Source: an uncultured Candidatus Saccharibacteria bacterium (GTDB lineage: Bacteria > Patescibacteriota > Minisyncoccia > UBA6257 > JACRHY01). From it: a stretch of DNA of 36,392 nt. A program made the position numbers and the translations under genes. Position 1 is the first letter of the stretch. The number at the start of each line of letters is the position of its first letter. Positions 35,466-36,392 of this stretch are shown here, piece by piece. Location of the stretch: NCBI GenBank assembly GCA_964360035.1, contig CAYHUJ010000003.1:1-36392 (forward strand). The letters run 5' to 3'. A model generated the notes under the pieces. The model worked only from the letters and a program-made list of their open reading frames with translations, was not told the DNA's origin and searched no databases.

Positions 35466-36293
35466 TTAACCGTTGACCGTCTGTTGAGCGACGGCTGTTT
35501 TTTCCGCCGCGCCGGCGGACTGCCCCGCCGAAGCGCCGACTTCCCTTCTTCCTTCTTCAATCGCGCTTTCCAAATTGCGCAAAAACCACGAAATGGCGGA
35601 GCGCGAAACGTCGTTGCCCGGCACCGGATATTCAACCGATTCCGGATTAGCGTCGCTGTTTAGGACGGCGACGACGGGAATTTTCAGACGCCGCGCCTCT
35701 CTTAACGCCGTGGCGTGTTTATTAACGTTGATAATCACGACCAAGTCGGGAATTTTCGCCATCGTTTCCAGTCCGGTGAAAATAAGGGACAACTTGTCCA
35801 GTTCGCGGCTTAAAACGACGCGCTCCTTTTTGGTGTATTTTTCCAGCTGGCCGGATTCTTTGTCGGCTCTCAATTTCTTCATGTAATCAATGCGCTTGGA
35901 AAGAGTCTTGAAATTCGTCAGGGTACCGCCCAGCCAGCGGTTGGTAACGCGGGGGAAACCGATTTTTTTTGCCAGTTCTTCAACCGCCTCCCTCGCTTCG
36001 GCCTGCGTCGCCACAAATAAAATCGTCGCCCCCGCTTTTATTTTATTCCTCACCGCCTCTTTCGCTTTTTCCATCGCTTCAACGGTGGCGTTCAAATCAA
36101 AAAGCTCAAGGCCGTTACGGGTCGCGAAAATAAACGGTCTCATCCGCGGATGCGTTTTTGATTTTTTGTGGCCGTATAAAACGCCCGCGGAAATCATTTC
36201 CTTTAAAATTTCCACGGTTTTGGGGTCAGCCGCTTCAATGTTCAGCGGTTCGCCGCTCGTCTGCGCGGCGGCCTTGATCGTATCGTCGGTCAT
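35466..36293 (-). CDS. rpsB: 30S ribosomal protein S2
   Basis: AGVLYGH, RWLGGTLTNF, A.REA..L.IP, PGND. Confidence 0.97.
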   Translation of the reverse strand: MTDDTIKAAAQTSGEPLNIEAADPKTVEILKEMISAGVLYGHKKSKTHPRMRPFIFATRNGLELFDLNATVEAMEKAKEAVRNKIKAGATILFVATQAEAREAVEELAKKIGFPRVTNRWLGGTLTNFKTLSKRIDYMKKLRADKESGQLEKYTKKERVVLSRELDKLSLIFTGLETMAKIPDLVVIINVNKHATALREARRLKIPVVAVLNSDANPESVEYPVPGNDVSRSAISWFLRNLESAIEEGRREVGASAGQSAGAAEKTAVAQQTVNG

Positions 36294-36328
36294 ATCAGGA
36301 GAGTATATAAGACAAAAAAAAATCTGTA

Positions 36329-36392
36329 AAGACCCTTCGCCTGCCGGCGCCGGTCAAAGAAGACAACGTTGACGCGGTTTACGAAAAGGGCA
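36329..36392 (-). promoter_or_regulatory. Possible structured rpsB leader (may be cut off by the window edge)
   Basis: GCCCTTTTCG...CGAAGGGT can pair to close a stem upstream of rpsB. Confidence 0.35.

Overview
This 36.4-kb window looks like a Patescibacteria/CPR (Parcubacteria-like) chromosome segment. That assignment is inferred from the minimal dcw cluster, very short EF-Ts, shortened HrcA, long pilin with NVGIGT repeats and core genes lacking Shine-Dalgarno (SD) sites. Almost everything is on the minus strand except cysS-dnaB-recR. Core content: lemA/htpX, groES-groEL and hrcA-grpE-dnaK-(membrane gene)-dnaJ (both with CIRCE operators), rmuC, a Kef-type antiporter, rplU, mraZ-rsmH-ftsL-like-ftsI-murF, rplJ-rplL with an L10 leader, pcm, rpmG (missed by the ORF track), rpsB-tsf and seven tRNAs. 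Main observations: (1) Two expression grammars coexist. Orphan/accessory genes carry a boxA-like motif near the predicted transcription start plus a strong SD, while core genes have A/T-rich or near-leaderless starts with no SD. (2) Two toxin-antitoxin cassettes are each bracketed by their own exact 25- or 29-bp direct repeat and have similar promoters, with no recombinase in view. (3) A pilin has a low-GC C-terminal domain following identical 23-bp repeats, suggesting tip-domain swapping. (4) murF takes its last codons and stop from the 5' end of tRNA-Glu. (5) DnaA boxes lie in the mraZ and cysS-dnaB promoter regions. All family assignments come from motif recognition by eye; no database searches were run.
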